DNA of 64,000 nt from Azolla caroliniana (lineage: Eukaryota; Plantae; Polypodiophyta). The notes beneath the pieces are model-generated. The model searched no databases. It was not told where the DNA came from and was given only the letters and a program-made list of their open reading frames with translations. Where the stretch lies: the NCBI GenBank assembly GCA_043228905.1, contig JBHGNT010000020.1, positions 2,852,001 through 2,916,000 on the forward strand, read 5' to 3'. Of this stretch, positions 61,641-64,000 are shown one piece after another (the stretch's first letter is position 1; each line of letters starts with the position of its first letter). The translations under genes and the position numbers were made by a program.

Positions 61641-63244
61641 ATCTAATCATAAATCAAAATTCGAAAAAGCTTTGTTGATTAATTATGGAGATGAGGATAT
61701 GGATTGGTCGGTCTAAAAGTTATGTATCTACTCTTGTAAGTCTGTTTGCTGTAATACTAGCTAAATACTAATACCATAGATACTGTATTCTTTTTCCTGT
61801 CTATCATTACTTGTTCAGTTCAGTTATATATCAAAATGAATTAACTACATATGAATTTTTGGGCAGTAGCATGGAATGATCGAACGATTGTCATTGAAAC
61901 TCAATGCATTGACATATATTAAATTCTTGAGAGTTTTAACAGTGTAGATCATTGCAGGTGGGAATTGGTTGTCAGTCTTTGATGCGAAATTTGTAAATTA
62001 GATTTCCCACAATGAGCAATTCTTATAATTTCACTAGCCCTAGAAGCCCAAATGGATTTAGAGTGAAAGACTACACCTCTTTGTCATATATATTTTTGTG
62101 AAATGGTTAACAATGAGGTGAAAGAAAAGAACAAGGGTGATGGCAGGTGATAAGAACTGTGGCCTGTGGCTTTCAGAGCTTCTCATTATACCCAAAACCT
62201 TTCTTGAAGTGAAGGAACATAAAATAATCTTATGTAACGAGATTGAGAATTTTAAAAACTAAGTGGGGGAGAACATGATAGGGTTTGGCTTGTTGCTGAA
62301 TCAAGAGACTTGGACAGCAATCAATTAGCACTATTCAAAGGCATAATAAGCACCATTGTTGTAGCTTTGGGCCCATGCTACAATTATGTTTGGTGGATGA
62401 ATTGAATGCATAGATTTGTGTGACGTTTTGGTTTTTCTCAAGTTTTGATAATGAAATACTGTGTAAAGATATCTAAAGATGTATATGAAAAAGTTGAGGT
62501 GTTTTTAAAGTCAATGTAATAATTGTCACTAGAAGTGTTGAAATCTTAAATAGAGATCAATATCAATTGATAGTTAAAGAGTCATAGCTATTTCCTCTTT
62601 CCTAGGTAAAGAATGAAAAGTGTTTGGTGTAGTTGAGAACAATCTCAAAGGTCTTCTTATAAAAGCTTTTTAAGGTTAGCACAAACAACCCACTCTTGTT
62701 ATGAGCGATCATGTCAAAAGGTTGGAAACATGTATCATAGTGCCCTTGTTTGATGGCCTAAAGTTCTCATTATGATTGTCCAATTGATCTGACAATTCAG
62801 ATGGTTGTATTGTGAAGTGTCCCACCATGCCTAAGCTACTTTAATTCTAGAGTTATCTCATATAGAGTGAAAGAACTCCTATCATGTTGAGAGGTTATAC
62901 TCACATTGTGTTTGAACTTATTAGTTCATGTTGTGAGTGGTAAATCAGTCCCATCATGTTGGGAACTTGTATGTTCTTGTTGTGATGAGCACACCCCTAT
63001 TGTGATAGGTGATTTGTGAACCATCATTTTAAAAAGAGAGGAGAAAAACCATTATACACATAACTAAGGTCTATGGAATTATGCCTTGTACATGTTATAG
63101 GAGAATAATACTTCTTGATTGCAAGCATAGAACGTAATATTCGTGTTCGTGCAAGCATTCAAACGTTTGGAAACAAACGTGTTTGAAAAGGGAAAAATAC
63201 ATGGTCCTTTTGTTTTTATTTTATTTCATGTATTGTTGTGACTC

Positions 63245-63845
63245 CTCACCCTAGTGGTAAGGAGTCATGTCTTGGGTTCGATTCCCAATTTTCTCATCTC
63301 TCGCTTGCTCTCTCACATTAGTACCATGTCATAGCAAAATTTTATGAGTGTTATAATAGTTTTTTTCTTTTTTCTTTTGTTTCTATTATGAGTGTTATGA
63401 ACTAAGCACAACATAGTGGTAAGTGGCCGTTCTACTCAACTTTCTCATATCCTCTTGTTAGTGTCATGTTCCTTTTTCTTCTTTTTCTTTCTTTCTTTCT
63501 TATTAGAAATTAGCTCACCCTAGTGGTAAGTTGTTATACTACTACTGCCTATGTCATGGCAAAATTTTATATTAGTGTCATGTTCCTTTTTCTTTCTTTC
63601 TTTCTTTCTTATTAGAAATTAGGTCACCCTAGTGGTAAGTTGTTATGCTACTACTACCTATGTCATGTTTTCTTCATATTCTCGAATATACGTTTTATGA
63701 GTTTTTGATCATTTCTTTTTTCTTTTCTTTTTTTATTTCTTTGTCATTAGAAATTAGGTCACCCTAGTGGTAAGTTGTTATGCTACTACTGGCTATGTCA
63801 TGTTTTCTTCATATTCTTGAATATACATTTTATGAGTTTTTGAAC
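63245..63845 (+). repeat. Degenerate tRNA/SINE-derived local repeats
   Basis: CACCCTAGTGGTAAG about 4-5 times; the first is followed by GGGTTCGATTCCC. Confidence 0.55.
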
Positions 63846-64000
63846 GTTTGATTATAATTTATAATGAATCAATATATAATATAGACCATCGATGGCATGC
63901 ACCTGCTTGGGGCACATTGTTGTGATGATAATGTTTGATCATAGATTGTTTCGTGGTATAAACATTCACATTAGTGACTCACCATCTTATAAATGACATG

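Overview
Repeat-rich nuclear DNA of a land plant, probably a seed-free lineage (inferred from the tRNA and retroelement types). Bases 1-39.4 kb are a tandem satellite with a ~729-bp unit. Each unit carries one tRNA-Gly(TCC) gene and one decayed, colinear tRNA copy. There are 23 full-length genes in the homogeneous part, and the array decays towards 39.4 kb. The array is interrupted by a 5'-truncated Ty3/gypsy element with a large extra ORF (itself holding a young Ty1/copia), a 3.2-kb gag-only LTR element whose LTRs carry an antisense tRNA-like Pol III cassette and which sits about 28 bp upstream of a tRNA gene, a copia solo LTR, and a gag fragment. Bases 39.4-58 kb are nested gypsy, copia and LINE remnants. 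Bases 58.4-60.1 kb hold a two-exon OB-fold gene (At4g28440-like), followed by a duplicated box C/D snoRNA candidate. All calls were made by eye, without database searches.
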